In this document: one piece after another, positions 32,155 through 44,395 of the stretch | Position numbering within the stretch: the first letter of the stretch is position 1 | How the letters are laid out: the number at the start of each line of letters is the position of its first letter | DNA from: Tetramitus jugosus | Taxonomy: Eukaryota > Protista > Heterolobosea | Assembly (NCBI GenBank): GCA_937625935.1 | Contig: OW569381.1 | Span: forward strand, 62,001-126,000 | Direction of reading: 5' to 3' | DNA length: 64,000 nucleotides | Position numbers and translations under genes: made by a program | The notes under the pieces: generated by a model | The model's input: the letters and a program-made list of their open reading frames with translations, nothing else | Told to the model about the DNA's origin: nothing | Databases searched by the model: none

Positions 32155-33270
32155 ATGAACAACACAAACAACAAGAAACGAACTCGATCAAATTCCCCGA
32201 CTACGACAGAAGAAGAGGAACGTTATCAAAAAAGATTAAAGCTCGTTCCCGTTTTGGCAGACACTAGTACTCACAAGAAGAAAAAGAATAAGAAGAATAA
32301 GAGGCGAAAGAATGTATATTTTTTGAGATCACTGTTTGTTCATCTTTCCATTGATGGTGATGATGGCGATGAGGAAAAGATTGATTTTCCCGAAATTTTC
32401 GCGGCGGACGGTGAAGTTTACGACAAGGCTGACGAATTTGACAATGTGTATTTTCTGGAACTGCTCAAGCGTGCTAGAGAAAATGCGGCAAAATCATCAC
32501 AATTGGTGAAGCCATCTATTTTTCATGCCAACCTGAAGCAAGGAGAGTTTTTCTCAATGGTACCTCCACAACCACAAGTATCAGATCAGGATAGAAATGA
32601 ATGGAGCGAGAGACCTTACGATTACATGAATTTGTTGGCCAACACTGAATACACCTTTTTTTTCCAGTTGAGAAAAATACCGCGCATGTGCTCCAGGCTC
32701 TTACAAAACACGGAAACGGGCGCTTTTCTGGTGTGTGATCGAATGGACATGGAACTAAAGCTACAAAATAAGAACAATTATCCCATAAGAGTCATGCTCG
32801 CAGTGTACAATCCTCATCCCATAATTCCAAGCGATGAAGATGAGAGTGATGAGGAGGAGGATGACAACGACAATGACAATACAACTGACTCTACTGAGAA
32901 ATTAAAAGGGGCCGAAGGAGAAGAATCTGGTGAAGAATATCTACTTGAAGGAGAAGTCAAAAGCATTTACCCAAAGGAATCATTGACAATTAGTAATGTT
33001 GAAACTGATTTTGTGAGATTACCACCAGGAAAAACAGAAATGATTACCATTTTGGCAAGTCAGTTTGGTCACTTAAAGGACGGAGAGCGATCACAGCTCA
33101 TGCTCATTGTGATTGATGATAGAGAGGGTGACACAATACGAAGTGTAGCTGAGAGAATTCAGGCACTGCACTTCCCGTTGGACATGTCTGCAAAGTACGC
33201 TCTGTGCGACACTGGTGCCTCCATCACCAATTTTATATTTGAAAAGTTTACAAAGAGGAGAAACAACTGA
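32155..33270 (+). CDS. Hypothetical nuclear protein
   Basis: 371-aa ORF with basic NLS-like tracts and an acidic loop. Confidence 0.65.
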   Translation: MNNTNNKKRTRSNSPTTTEEEERYQKRLKLVPVLADTSTHKKKKNKKNKRRKNVYFLRSLFVHLSIDGDDGDEEKIDFPEIFAADGEVYDKADEFDNVYFLELLKRARENAAKSSQLVKPSIFHANLKQGEFFSMVPPQPQVSDQDRNEWSERPYDYMNLLANTEYTFFFQLRKIPRMCSRLLQNTETGAFLVCDRMDMELKLQNKNNYPIRVMLAVYNPHPIIPSDEDESDEEEDDNDNDNTTDSTEKLKGAEGEESGEEYLLEGEVKSIYPKESLTISNVETDFVRLPPGKTEMITILASQFGHLKDGERSQLMLIVIDDREGDTIRSVAERIQALHFPLDMSAKYALCDTGASITNFIFEKFTKRRNN

Positions 33271-33402
33271 TTGCAATGTGCAACACTTCAAGTGAGGGTC
33301 ACTGTAGGCTGAGCATTTCGGTTGATCAACCTCCCTACTAAGTTTTTGTCCCAAGAAGTCATGAAAAATAAAATTTTTGTTTTGAAATTGGATTTTACAA
33401 AA

Positions 33403-36400
33403 TCAGAATCCGAACAGATAGTTGACATCTTTGAGCCTAATGTTCTGAGCATCACGTTTCGTCATACCAAAGCCCATACCTGCTCCAAAATCGTCTTCTT
33501 CATCAGCGAGAGCACTCTCATACATGTCATCTTCGTCTTCCTGTGTTACGGTTGGCTGTCCACTGGAGGATTGTCTGACTGTAACAGTGGTGCTACTCTC
33601 TTCGAATTCTTCTTCCTCCTCCTTTGTAAACTCGTTCTCTGGATCATAGTCGTTCTCGTTGTCTCTGTTTGAAATGTCCAGAGCATCTGTGGCAATCTTT
33701 GTTTTCGTTTTCTGGAGTGTCATAATACGTTCCTCAACAGTACCCTTGATCACAAACCGGATCACAGTGACCGGTTCTTCTTGTCCAATTCTATGCACAC
33801 GATCGATGGCTTGTTGTTCAATGGCGGGGTTCCACCAAGGGTCCAGCAAGAACACATGGGTGGCCCAAACGAGATTGAGACCAATTCCACCAACCTTCAG
33901 AGAAATCAAACAGACGGATACGTCCTTGTCATTCTTAAAGTTGTCCACTGCAATTTCTCTGTCCTTTCTCTGCATCCGACCATCAAGTCGCACATATTTG
34001 ATACCGGCACGTTGCAGTGCAATTTCAACCAAATCCAACATGGAGGTCCACTGTGAGAACACTACACTCTTTGTCGTATCTGAGACCTTGTGCTTCAAAT
34101 AGTCTACCAGAGCGCCGGTCTTGGACGAATCTCTCCATTTGTTCTTCATGAACTGCGTGACTTCAATCATACCAGTGGGGGTCGAATCACTGCCACAACT
34201 CTCTCGCTTTGCGTTGTACTTTAACACAGCTGGCAGCATTGGTAGAATACTGTCATAGTAGTCAAAGGAGGTGTTCTTAGAAAATTCCTCTAAAAAGCCC
34301 TTCATGGTTGACCTCTCAGATTTCTTTTGGAAAGAGTTAATAATCAGAGCAGGGTGATCACACACCTGTCTCAAATGAAGCAACATCTCCAAAATGTTTG
34401 CATAATTTTTGAGAACAGTTCCACTTTGAACAAACTCATTGAACTTGCCCTTAGCATAATCATATAAACTATTGTAAAAGTGAGCCTCAGGATCAGAAAA
34501 CTCCAACTCCATAATCGTAATCCTCTTCGGTGGGAGCTTAACAATTCTAACACCATTGATCCTCTTGTCCTTTGTACGTCTAATCACAAGCTCACCAATA
34601 ACAGACTGAAGTTCTTGAGCAGCCTTCTTGTCCTTCTTTTCGAATGGCTTACCAATGTTCTTTGCCCACCATCTCCAATCACCATGTGGTGTCACACGCA
34701 AAAAGTGGAACAGAGAAAACAAGTCGTCAATATGATTTTGAATTGGTGTACCAGTGACAGCCCATCTCCGATTGGCTTCAACAGCAGTGGTTGCTCTTGC
34801 TTGTAGAGACTTCCGATTCTTGATATTGTGAGCTTCATCGAGAACAACTCTAAAGAACTCCATCTGGAAAATGGGACTCGGAGTAGTGTCCTTTGGAGTT
34901 GTAGGCTCCTTAACAGCCTTCTTCTTTTTCCTAGTACTCTCAGCACCTAAAAACGTCTGACTGTATTCGAAAGATAGGGTGTTGTATGTGGTGATGATCA
35001 CATCATACTGCAACAGCTGTACGATATCTCTATTTCTTCTGTTGCCTTGATAGATGTATGCCTTCAGAGGAGGGTTCGTGTGTCTCTCAATTTCAGATTT
35101 CCACTGATCGACAATAGTCAGCGGTGTGACTACAAGTGTGGCACGTGATAGATACTTCTTCTCCTTGGAGTCACCTCGTGAAACAGGTGCATACGACTGA
35201 GGGTCAGCCATACGGTTCGAGCAAACCAGTGAAATCACTTCGACAGTCTTACCCAGACCCATCTCATCGGCCAATATTCCACCTCTGGGTTCTGGAGGTG
35301 CAGGCACGAAGCGTAGAGTTAACACACCGATATCAACACTGTAATAATACTTTGTCTGCTTGGTGTCAGGGAAAGTCCTCTCTTCGAACAGTGGATGAAG
35401 TTGTGGCTTGGCCGAAGCTTGTTCGGCATCCTTACCCTTCTTTTCTCTATTGAGCATCCATCGTAGAGCTGTTTGTTGGTATGGACGTAGTTTTGCAGTT
35501 AATATTTCTGGCGTGGCCATCTCTTCCACCTTGTGCTTGCGTCTCTTCTTCTTTTTCTTTTGCTTCTCCTTCTTGACCTTTGAAGAACTCCGACCGTACA
35601 ATCCATCTGACTCCCAATCTGAATCAGAGTTCGAATCGGACTCTGATTCGTCGTCAGAGCTTTCATCATCGTCATCTTCATCTTCGTCATCGTCTTCATC
35701 ATTGTTGTCCTTGTCTTCATCTTCATCGTCGTCAAACTCGCTCGAAAACTTGCCTGATCCTGAGGTCATGGCATCATAAAAGAGTTTCAATCCATCCTCG
35801 TCAGTCTCTTCGGTCGGTGCTGTTTCTTGATTAATGTACTCATCTAAATCAGCGTCGTCTACATCACCCAAATCTTCTTCTTTCTTCACACTCGCTGATA
35901 CGTCACCAAAACCCAACTTTCTGAGTTTGCTGTTGCCATTCGTACCAACTCCTCCTGTTTGGTCTGCGTATTGGTCAAACTTCCGCACAGATCCAACAGG
36001 AACATAATACGATTCATCCGATCCATCTTCTCTATCGACTTCACCATCAATAATGTCAAATAAATCCCTTAGACTCGATCTCATTGGATCATCCATAATT
36101 GATGATTCCTTAGTATCGTCTTGCTCTGCAGCAATTTTCATCTGAAGCGAATCTGGATCATTGTCAAACGCTCTCTTGATCATGTACAAGTGCAGTGAGA
36201 CAAATCTTCTCTGTTGTCGATTTGCGTCACTTGCCTCCTGTAATCGAACACCAATCACATCCTTCTTTCTCAACAATGGAAGTAAACATTGATTCACCTT
36301 ATCGGTCACAATGTTTGCCATGTGCTTTCCTTGACAACATATAATCATTTGACAATCTGGATCATGATTCACCAGGACTTGATACACTGGTTTCTTTGCT

Positions 36401-37362
36401 TGCTCTTCTTGCGATGTGCTACTGTTCAACTCTGAAGCAAATTGCCAAAGTGGCATATCGATAATTGCTACATCAGCACGCAACTCTCCTAAAAACTTTG
36501 GCCAACTCTTACCGAGTCGAGCAGATACGTCAATCATATTATTCAATGATTGAGGCATATAAATGGCGCGCCTTGGTTGAATTGGCTGCTGTTGTTGCTG
36601 TTGATGTTGCATCTGCTGTTGTAATTGCATTTGTTGCTGAAGTTGTTGAAAGTGTTGCATTTGCTGTTGATACATTTGTGGATTTGCGAAAAATGCCTTG
36701 TTTTGTACATTGGGAAACGATTGGAATGGCATCATTGTGATACCACCTGCTGATTGACCATAAGCAGCAAATAATGATTGCTGCTGTTGTTGTTGTTGTA
36801 GTCCTTGTTGTGAATGTAAAGCGAACAAATTGGTCAAGTTAGTCGATGGTGTCTGCGGCTGTTGCGATTGTGGTGGTTTTGATATTGACATGAGGGAGAG
36901 TGGTGTGCTGGGTGTGGAGGGAACTGGTGTGGTCGTCGAAGCAGCAGGAATACCAGAGAGAAAAATGGAGGTTGGTGTAGAAGTCGGTGGTGCCTGTTGG
37001 GGAGTCATTGGAGTCCCAGGAGTGTTAAAAACGAGCTTGCGTATCATGTTATTATTGTTGTTAATAGTGTTTGGAGTAGAGGGTTGTGAGGGAATCATGA
37101 AAGCGCCACCACCAACACTACCAGGAGTGCTCGCAGAGTTTATGGTAGTAATGTGCAAGCGAGAAGAAGGATTGTTTGAGTTGATCGCCAATGGAACTGG
37201 TGAGTTAGGTAGAGTGGGTTGTGTGGTAATTGATGTGACCATTGGTGTGGTGGTTGATGGTAAAGATGAATTCATGAGCGTTGAGTCAATAATACTGCCA
37301 ATGTCGTCATCTCCAATATCATCCAATACACTATCCAAATCAAAATCATCATCGAAACTCAT
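33403..37362 (-). CDS. RAD5/HLTF-like SNF2 family ATPase
   Basis: LRPYQ..ALRWM, GGILADEMGLGKT, VVLDEAH, TGTPIQN, LRQVCDHP, VVFSQW, DPWWNP..EQQAIDRVHRIGQ; degenerate HIRAN-like region; no RING visible. Confidence 0.9.
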   Translation of the reverse strand: MSFDDDFDLDSVLDDIGDDDIGSIIDSTLMNSSLPSTTTPMVTSITTQPTLPNSPVPLAINSNNPSSRLHITTINSASTPGSVGGGAFMIPSQPSTPNTINNNNNMIRKLVFNTPGTPMTPQQAPPTSTPTSIFLSGIPAASTTTPVPSTPSTPLSLMSISKPPQSQQPQTPSTNLTNLFALHSQQGLQQQQQQQSLFAAYGQSAGGITMMPFQSFPNVQNKAFFANPQMYQQQMQHFQQLQQQMQLQQQMQHQQQQQQPIQPRRAIYMPQSLNNMIDVSARLGKSWPKFLGELRADVAIIDMPLWQFASELNSSTSQEEQAKKPVYQVLVNHDPDCQMIICCQGKHMANIVTDKVNQCLLPLLRKKDVIGVRLQEASDANRQQRRFVSLHLYMIKRAFDNDPDSLQMKIAAEQDDTKESSIMDDPMRSSLRDLFDIIDGEVDREDGSDESYYVPVGSVRKFDQYADQTGGVGTNGNSKLRKLGFGDVSASVKKEEDLGDVDDADLDEYINQETAPTEETDEDGLKLFYDAMTSGSGKFSSEFDDDEDEDKDNNDEDDDEDEDDDDESSDDESESDSNSDSDWESDGLYGRSSSKVKKEKQKKKKKRRKHKVEEMATPEILTAKLRPYQQTALRWMLNREKKGKDAEQASAKPQLHPLFEERTFPDTKQTKYYYSVDIGVLTLRFVPAPPEPRGGILADEMGLGKTVEVISLVCSNRMADPQSYAPVSRGDSKEKKYLSRATLVVTPLTIVDQWKSEIERHTNPPLKAYIYQGNRRNRDIVQLLQYDVIITTYNTLSFEYSQTFLGAESTRKKKKAVKEPTTPKDTTPSPIFQMEFFRVVLDEAHNIKNRKSLQARATTAVEANRRWAVTGTPIQNHIDDLFSLFHFLRVTPHGDWRWWAKNIGKPFEKKDKKAAQELQSVIGELVIRRTKDKRINGVRIVKLPPKRITIMELEFSDPEAHFYNSLYDYAKGKFNEFVQSGTVLKNYANILEMLLHLRQVCDHPALIINSFQKKSERSTMKGFLEEFSKNTSFDYYDSILPMLPAVLKYNAKRESCGSDSTPTGMIEVTQFMKNKWRDSSKTGALVDYLKHKVSDTTKSVVFSQWTSMLDLVEIALQRAGIKYVRLDGRMQRKDREIAVDNFKNDKDVSVCLISLKVGGIGLNLVWATHVFLLDPWWNPAIEQQAIDRVHRIGQEEPVTVIRFVIKGTVEERIMTLQKTKTKIATDALDISNRDNENDYDPENEFTKEEEEEFEESSTTVTVRQSSSGQPTVTQEDEDDMYESALADEEDDFGAGMGFGMTKRDAQNIRLKDVNYLFGF

Positions 37363-37811
37363 TTTGTGATTTCTAATCAATTAATGAATCTGTGTAGGTT
37401 GTTTGTTGTTGATGTGATGGTTGTTGGTTCTCTAGGGTGAACAAAAAACTTCAAAAAAAATGCAGCAAATCAACTTGTGTGATGATGCTAGAAGTTTATG
37501 CGAACAATAGGTTGTTGAAAAGCTAGGTTGGAATACGTATCAATAACAGTAGTCCGTAATGATGGATTGATTGCTTGTTCAATGAAAATATATCAACACT
37601 ATAGTCATAGATGATGGTACTAACCAAGTGTGTGATTTGCGCACGCACACCACTTCAAATTGCTCCACATTTTATCTGTTTATTGTAAACTTGTTGAATC
37701 GAATCGCGAAAATAGTATTCTTACAAGATTGAACTTCATCGGGGAAAAATACTTGCTCGGAGATAATGCGCACCCAACAGAAGACCAAACAATACATTTC
37801 ACATAGCAGTC

Positions 37812-38342
37812 ATGAGAAGAATCCTCAGCTCACGAGTAACTCAATTGTCTCGACGTCAATCAACTCCACATTACTATGCAACTCCATCACCATGCACTCC
37901 CCTTCTGACTCAACAAAGATTCTTCACTTCCACCATAACAACAACAAATGGAGCTTCACAACAAAAAGAGATTGAAAAATTGAATAACAAGCGCCGACAA
38001 TTGCTATTGAACAGCAGAAATCGTGGAAGAGTCGAAACTGAGCTTTTTCTAGGTGGATACGCACAAGAACACATTTGGCAAATGAGTCAAGAGCAATTGG
38101 AGCAGTATGACAAGATTTTGAATGAGACAGACGCAGATTTGTTCTTGTGGATGACTGGTATGAACGAGTTGCCAGATGATTTGAAAGAAAATCCAATCAT
38201 GACTCATGTTCTAGATTATATCAAACAAAAGAGAAACACGCACTATAATCAAGTCAATGCAAAGAGCTTTACTTCGGATTATGAGGATACGGATTTGGCG
38301 CCTCCTTCGGTACAACAAACGACGTCATCTTCCAGCAATTAA
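37812..38342 (+). CDS. SDHAF2: Succinate dehydrogenase assembly factor 2 (Sdh5)
   Basis: Mitochondrial presequence; RRQLLLNSRNRGRVETELFL and YDKILNETDADLFLW. Confidence 0.9.
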   Translation: MRRILSSRVTQLSRRQSTPHYYATPSPCTPLLTQQRFFTSTITTTNGASQQKEIEKLNNKRRQLLLNSRNRGRVETELFLGGYAQEHIWQMSQEQLEQYDKILNETDADLFLWMTGMNELPDDLKENPIMTHVLDYIKQKRNTHYNQVNAKSFTSDYEDTDLAPPSVQQTTSSSSN

Positions 38343-38535
38343 TTCCATCATGTGATGTGATTGGATTTGTTGGTGCACTGTATAAAATCATGAGTAAGGT
38401 CCATGAATTTGGTTCTTGGGTCCACAATCTTCGAAGTTCAACCGATGAGTGGAATAAAAAAATTTTAGCCAAAAACAACACAAAAAGAAGATTGTTATCA
38501 GCACATCCATTGCAGCTGCGAATCACAACACAACA

Positions 38536-40447
38536 ATGATGAGCAATCGCCTTAGATTGGGATTGGCCATTCGACACAACAATAACCTCTTCTCAAAAAC
38601 CATTCACAAGAACCATTCTTTTCTTACTCATTCTCAACAACAACAACAACAACAACACATTTCACACAACAACATAAGCTCATCTCTTTCTCACCAACTA
38701 CGACACAAATCATCATCCACTTTATCATCATCAAAAAAGCAGAAGACTACTACTCGCCCAAAAATTCTTCCTCCACTCTTCTCTTCTTCCTTTTTCAATA
38801 ATAAAAACAAGAGCTCTAATAGTAACAATGATGAGAGCAACAATAATGAGAGCAACAGTAAACGAAGAAAGTACATAAAGTATGGAATAGGATCACTTGG
38901 ATTCCTACTGGTCGTATCGCTGTTGGATGTGTTTGAACCTGTCATTTCACAAAAATTGTTTGTTCGAATAGAGTTGGACGAGCATGATGAGGCATTTGAT
39001 TGGGTCATGAATTGGCTCAACCAACATGACTATACGCAACAATGTACAAATCTTACAGTGTTCTCTGGTTCACAATATCACAAGGGAATGAATGGATTTT
39101 TGAGTGCGTTGATGCAAGTGACTTTTAGTCCTTCCATGACAACTGCCAATAAAGATGGTGATGAAGATGATAGTGAAAATGAAGATGATAGTAGCAAAAG
39201 TGATGAAACAAAGAAGAAAAAGAGGGATCAAGTGTTGTTTGTGCCCGGTCAAGGAAGACATTTCTTGTTTTACAATGGATATTTCATGTGGATCGATTAT
39301 AGTAAGGAGAAGAATAGTAGTAGTAGTTCCTCGTCTGGTGATTCATCAGGTGGAAAGGATCATTTGCGCAATTTGACCATTACTATTTGGAATCCGAACA
39401 TTATTGGTGGAGCACGAGTCGATGCACAGCGAAGAAAACTGGTGACTGATATTATTCTTGAGGCAAAGGAGCAGTACAATGCGCACAAGGTTGGTAAAAC
39501 AACGATACATTGTCCTGATCGATACTGTGAACGATGGGAGGAAGTTGTCAGGAAACCAAAGAGACCACTGTCCAGTGTTATCTTGCAACAACCAGAGACA
39601 TTGACTGGTCTATTGGGCGATGTGAAGGACTTTGTAGCTAATGAAAAATTTTATTCCGAGAGAGGCATACCGTATCGGAGAGGATATTTACTGTATGGAC
39701 CTCCAGGATCTGGAAAGGTAACACTGATTATTTACTTTTTTTGCTTTACGTTCGGTTTGTTTGGCAATTTTGTTCACTAACAACAATCAATTTGATAATT
39801 AGACCTCGACGGTTCAAGTGATTGCTGGAGAGTTGGGTTTTGATATATACATGCTGAATGTGAGCAGCACACAGATGACTGATGAAAAATTGAATTACCT
39901 GTTGCATCAAGCACCTCGAAAGAGTATTGTCTTGTTGGAGGATGTCGATTCATGCGTGTCGGCCACTGAGCGAAGCATTGACGCATCTGATTTGCCAGAT
40001 GATTATGAAGAGTTCCATGCTGGCAGCTATGGGATGAACATGGAGAAAGAGAAGGTTACTGTGAGTGGATTGTTGAATGCAATTGATGGAGTAGGAGCAC
40101 AGGAAGGTCGAATTTTGTTCTTTACCACGAATCATGCGAATCGGTTACAAAAGGCATTGATGAGACCAGGAAGAATTGACATTAAGAGAGAAATTGGATA
40201 CATTACTGATGTTCAGGCCAAAAACTTGTTCTTGTCTTTCTACAGAGACTGCTCCAACACTGCCAATGTGAATGAAATTGCAGACACATTTGTCAACGAG
40301 CTTCGACAAATAGAGCCAGTTGTTGGTGGAGTGACACCTGCTCTTCTCCAAGGACTGTTCATGGAGAATAGAAATCATCCAGAGAACACAGTTGAAAGAT
40401 TGCCGACTTATTTGGCAGAGAATATGCGAATTGTTGAACACGAGTAG
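38536..40447 (+). CDS. BCS1: BCS1-like mitochondrial AAA ATPase; intron 39718-39802
   Basis: GIPYRRGYLLYGPPGSGK|TS joined across a GTAACA...CACTAAC...TTAG intron; LLEDVD, SGLLNAIDG, ALMRPGRID. Confidence 0.9.
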
Positions 40448-40532
40448 TAAATTGCGTTTTGATATTTTACATGATAGTATATTTACAACTGATTTGGCTG
40501 GTCATTGGAATCAGTAGTGTACCTAAGGCGAC

Positions 40533-41270
40533 TTAAGAGTGAGTCGCAAGGCTTCGAACGATATCGTTCATGCCTCTGACAATCTCCATTTGCTTTAATC
40601 TCGATACTCCTCTGAAGAACATTGCTGATTGATGGTTGGGATTCAATTCCAAGGCCGAATTGAAATCTTCTATGGCTTGTTCATCGTTATCCATTCTCCG
40701 CTTGGCGATTCCTCTGTTGTAATAGGCTTCAGAGTTTCTTGGGTTGAGCTGAATGGCACGCTCATAGTCTTGGCATGCTTCTTCGAATAATTTCTTTTGT
40801 GAGTAAGCATTGCCTCGATTGACAACAGCACTTGAGCTATTGGGTTTCAGTTGAACTTGTCGCGAGAAGTCAAGTATGGCATCGTCGAACTGTTCGAGCT
40901 TTGCTAATGAACTCGCTCTATTGTTGAGAGCCGAGCAATCATCTGGATTCATGTCTATTATTTGGGTATAGTCTTGAATGGCTTGTTTCGTGTCTCCCTT
41001 CTTCATGAAAGCCACTGCTCTGTTATGGAGCAGAGTCATTCTGTTGTCGGATTGTTCTTGTTCCATGTTGAGCATCCCAATCGTGTACTCCTGAATGGCC
41101 TGATCATACTTTCCTTTTCTCACAAACTCGTTACCTCTTGTGAGGGATGGGTTGTTCGATTTCGTATTGTAATCCTCGGTAAAGGAGTTGTTAACAAACT
41201 CCGATCGTTGTTGCGGGATAGGGAAGGGAGTTGTTCCGGCAGTTTTGTCTTTCACTTGTTTCATATTCAA
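40533..41270 (-). CDS. TPR-repeat protein
   Basis: About five canonical TPRs (e.g. AYYNRGIA...AIEDFNSALELNP). Confidence 0.85.
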   Translation of the reverse strand: MNMKQVKDKTAGTTPFPIPQQRSEFVNNSFTEDYNTKSNNPSLTRGNEFVRKGKYDQAIQEYTIGMLNMEQEQSDNRMTLLHNRAVAFMKKGDTKQAIQDYTQIIDMNPDDCSALNNRASSLAKLEQFDDAILDFSRQVQLKPNSSSAVVNRGNAYSQKKLFEEACQDYERAIQLNPRNSEAYYNRGIAKRRMDNDEQAIEDFNSALELNPNHQSAMFFRGVSRLKQMEIVRGMNDIVRSLATHS

Positions 41271-41438
41271 TGGAGTAGAATGTTGTGTTGGGTACTATCT
41301 GGAAAAAGGACTTGTTAATTGCTTTCTTGGACTGCGCTCAATCCACAACAAGCTTTACTTTTGGGCACAAAAACTGATTGTATTTTTAGTCATGTATTTT
41401 TGGCGCCAACACACGGAGTTTCACACAAAAACAAAAAA

Positions 41439-42845
41439 ATGATCCCAAGAACAACAAGCAATCACAACAACCAGAGGAGACGACACGATCACAATCGTAT
41501 TCAACCCATTGACCACAACAATTTCGAACAACAACAACGACAACGTAGAATTCCCATCTCTGACAATCCAAATTTTTCATCTCACACACGAAACAGGAAC
41601 AACAACAACAATATCATCAACCATCGCAACACGAACAACAGTTATGGTGGATTATTGTACAATGCAACTACTTCTCTACTCGGTCAATACATGTTACCTG
41701 TAGCCGTAACATCATCACCCATCGTATCCACTCTTGCACTGACTGCCTTTCGACAATTGGTCAAAAATATAAATATGGCTGATGCGAAATTTGGCGCCAA
41801 ATGCTATGAAATTGTAAAATTATCCAATGACAATGATATCACTGAATCAACACAAGAACAACAAGAACAACAGAAGCAAAAACCATTCGTAACGAGTACA
41901 GTGCGTAAAACAATTGATTTGAACAATGATGAAAAGATTGAAATTAGTGCCATTACCGATCAATTACTCGCTTCTTCTTCAACAACAAACAAGAGTGGTA
42001 GTAGTGATCAACAGCAAACGAGTAAAGTGTATCGATGTACTGCAGATCGTATACCAGTGACTCTGCTCATTGAACTCTCGTTTGTCTGTTCTGTGCAGAG
42101 CATTGTTTTGCAGAGTGATCAATTTGTGCCTCAAAAATTGATTATTCAATTGTCGGAGAATGGATACTCCCAATCGTTTCGAACGGTCAAGGTGATGAAT
42201 CAGGCCATGAGAAAAGGAAAACCCTATCGCATTGATTTTCCAGAACCCATCAGAGCCAAATGGATTCGATTGATTGTAACAGAGGGAAGAGCAAAATCGG
42301 GTGCAAGCAGTGGTGGACGTGGATGGTTGACTCGATCGAATCAAGAGGAAAAGGGTAGCAACAACAAGCAGAAACCATTTGGTAGTTTTACACTCAAGAG
42401 TGTTCAAGTGTATGGTCCACCAGTACTCGAAGCAGATAATTTGAGTAATTTGATGGCAGTAGAGCCATTTGCTTCATGGCTCAAAAAATGGAATATTGGT
42501 AGTGCGTTTGGTGTCGGAGGAAACGGTGCAGTGGATGCTGATGTAAACTCTGAAGATGAGAGCAGTGGTGATGATGAAAGTGAAAGAGAAGAAGAAAATG
42601 ATAAAGCTGATGCAAGCAAGAATGGGAACGAACAACAGTCAACACAAAATGATGAGATCAGTTCGGACACATCATCCATACAGTTTGAAGAATTGGATTC
42701 AGATGATGAAGGAGATCAGGGCAGTGGTGAACAGCAGTCACCTGTTCATGGCTTTGCAGGTCAAACCAAACATGTTGATGAGGCATCTGTTTCATCAACT
42801 GCTCGATCACAGAGAGATTCACATTTTCTTAGATCGAAGTTGTAA
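41439..42845 (+). CDS. Hypothetical protein with possible galactose-binding/F5-8-like beta-sandwich and acidic tail
   Basis: PVTLLIEL...PIRAKWIRLIV...VQVYG pattern; start uncertain. Confidence 0.55.
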   Translation: MIPRTTSNHNNQRRRHDHNRIQPIDHNNFEQQQRQRRIPISDNPNFSSHTRNRNNNNNIINHRNTNNSYGGLLYNATTSLLGQYMLPVAVTSSPIVSTLALTAFRQLVKNINMADAKFGAKCYEIVKLSNDNDITESTQEQQEQQKQKPFVTSTVRKTIDLNNDEKIEISAITDQLLASSSTTNKSGSSDQQQTSKVYRCTADRIPVTLLIELSFVCSVQSIVLQSDQFVPQKLIIQLSENGYSQSFRTVKVMNQAMRKGKPYRIDFPEPIRAKWIRLIVTEGRAKSGASSGGRGWLTRSNQEEKGSNNKQKPFGSFTLKSVQVYGPPVLEADNLSNLMAVEPFASWLKKWNIGSAFGVGGNGAVDADVNSEDESSGDDESEREEENDKADASKNGNEQQSTQNDEISSDTSSIQFEELDSDDEGDQGSGEQQSPVHGFAGQTKHVDEASVSSTARSQRDSHFLRSKL

Positions 42846-42896
42846 AATTTACAAGTTGGATTAGAAATACAGTGCCAAGCAAGGCATCCAGATCAT

Positions 42897-44395
42897 TCAG
42901 TGGTGATGATGATGGTGCTTGTGAGCTTTTTCAATGCCCATGGTTCGTTTCAACACCTCAAATGAGGCATAGAGAATACCATGTGCAGGGACCGACTTGA
43001 GGAAAGATGGATTCTTGATGATCAATCTAGCCTTGATCGTATGCAAAGGATAGAATACAAATTGTGACAGAGTGGAAGAAGTCATACCAGCTACCATTAG
43101 TCCAACCACATTGTTTTGATCAGGTTCTGGATCCTCGCCCACAATCAGTCGCTTGCATGTCTCATAGGCCATCAGATTGAAACCAGAATGAGGAATAGTC
43201 GAGGCCAAGGAAACAGATAAACCGCGGTAGAACGGAAAGAACTTACCTTCGTTCTTCACGATATCTGAGACGAGTTGAGTTACTGAAACTGTAGAGTGTG
43301 ATGCAGACAATCGAGTTTTGATCACTTCTAATGGGAAGAAGCAACTATGGGCAGCAACACCAGCAGATGCACCAGCCACGAACAGCTGGAACGATGTCAA
43401 GTCACTATCATTTTCGCTGAACGTTCTCTTGACAGCCTCGAACGTTAAGAATTTCACAGCCGTTTCGGGACTATCCAAATTCAATTCGATGATTAGTACT
43501 AAGAGATCACATTCACAATAATTTAAATATTCACATACGCAATTTTCAAACAATTCACTCCATTTCCTCTCCATAGTCCCTTGATTCCACCATCTCTGTA
43601 CATGGTTCTCAATCCTTCAACAATGGTAGGTGATTTTCCGGTATTGATCTGGAACAAAATCTTCAGTCTTTCTAATGGAGCTGTACCAGTTCTCGATGCA
43701 GCACCTGCGATCGCACCAGCAGTCAAATGAATGAGTGCTTTTGTGCCCTTGCTTTGCGGAGGAGGAGGTGGAACACCATCGTCGATATCGAACACTGCTG
43801 CCTCCTTCCAATACTCCAACAATGAGTGCACATTAGCAATAGGTATCATCATCAACAACTCACTCCATTCTTCAAAGTCAATACCACCAGACTGATTTCT
43901 GTCCAACAATCTGACCAATCTGTTCACATTTCTCTCATCAGTCTGATCCATCATACCCATCTTCTCCAGCATTCTCTTCACTTCAGAAGCATCAATCAAA
44001 CCATCTCCATTCTCATCAAACTCTGCAAACAACTGATACAACTGCTTGTACTTGTTCACCACAAAGATTCTAAACTCATCGTACGAAATGTTGTGAATCT
44101 CTTCTGTTGGTGTCACTGCCGTCGTAGCAGGATGACGATGATTATGGTTCGATGCTGTTCCAACCACCTTGATACTCTCCATGACATCACGAACATACTT
44201 TTCACTACTGGGCAAACCCAATCGAAACAATGCCTTTTGTACCTCTGCACTCGTCAATTGTCCATCCTTGTCCAGATCCAGTTTATTGAACAGTTCGTGC
44301 AACACTTTTTCATCAATGGTAGAGTTGGGAACGATTGCATGATTCTTGTCAGTTGTAGTCAGTATGGGAACAACTTTTTCGTTGGTCTCTGTCAT
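42897..44395 (-). CDS. Ca2+-binding mitochondrial carrier (SCaMC/SLC25A23-25-like ATP-Mg/Pi carrier); intron 43538-43471
   Basis: EF-hands (DLDKDGQL, DENGDGLI, DRNQSGGI); PLERLK, PLEVIK and PLHTIK carrier motifs; GLWRGNGVNCLKIA|PET joined by a GTATGT...TACTAAT...TAG intron. Confidence 0.9.
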
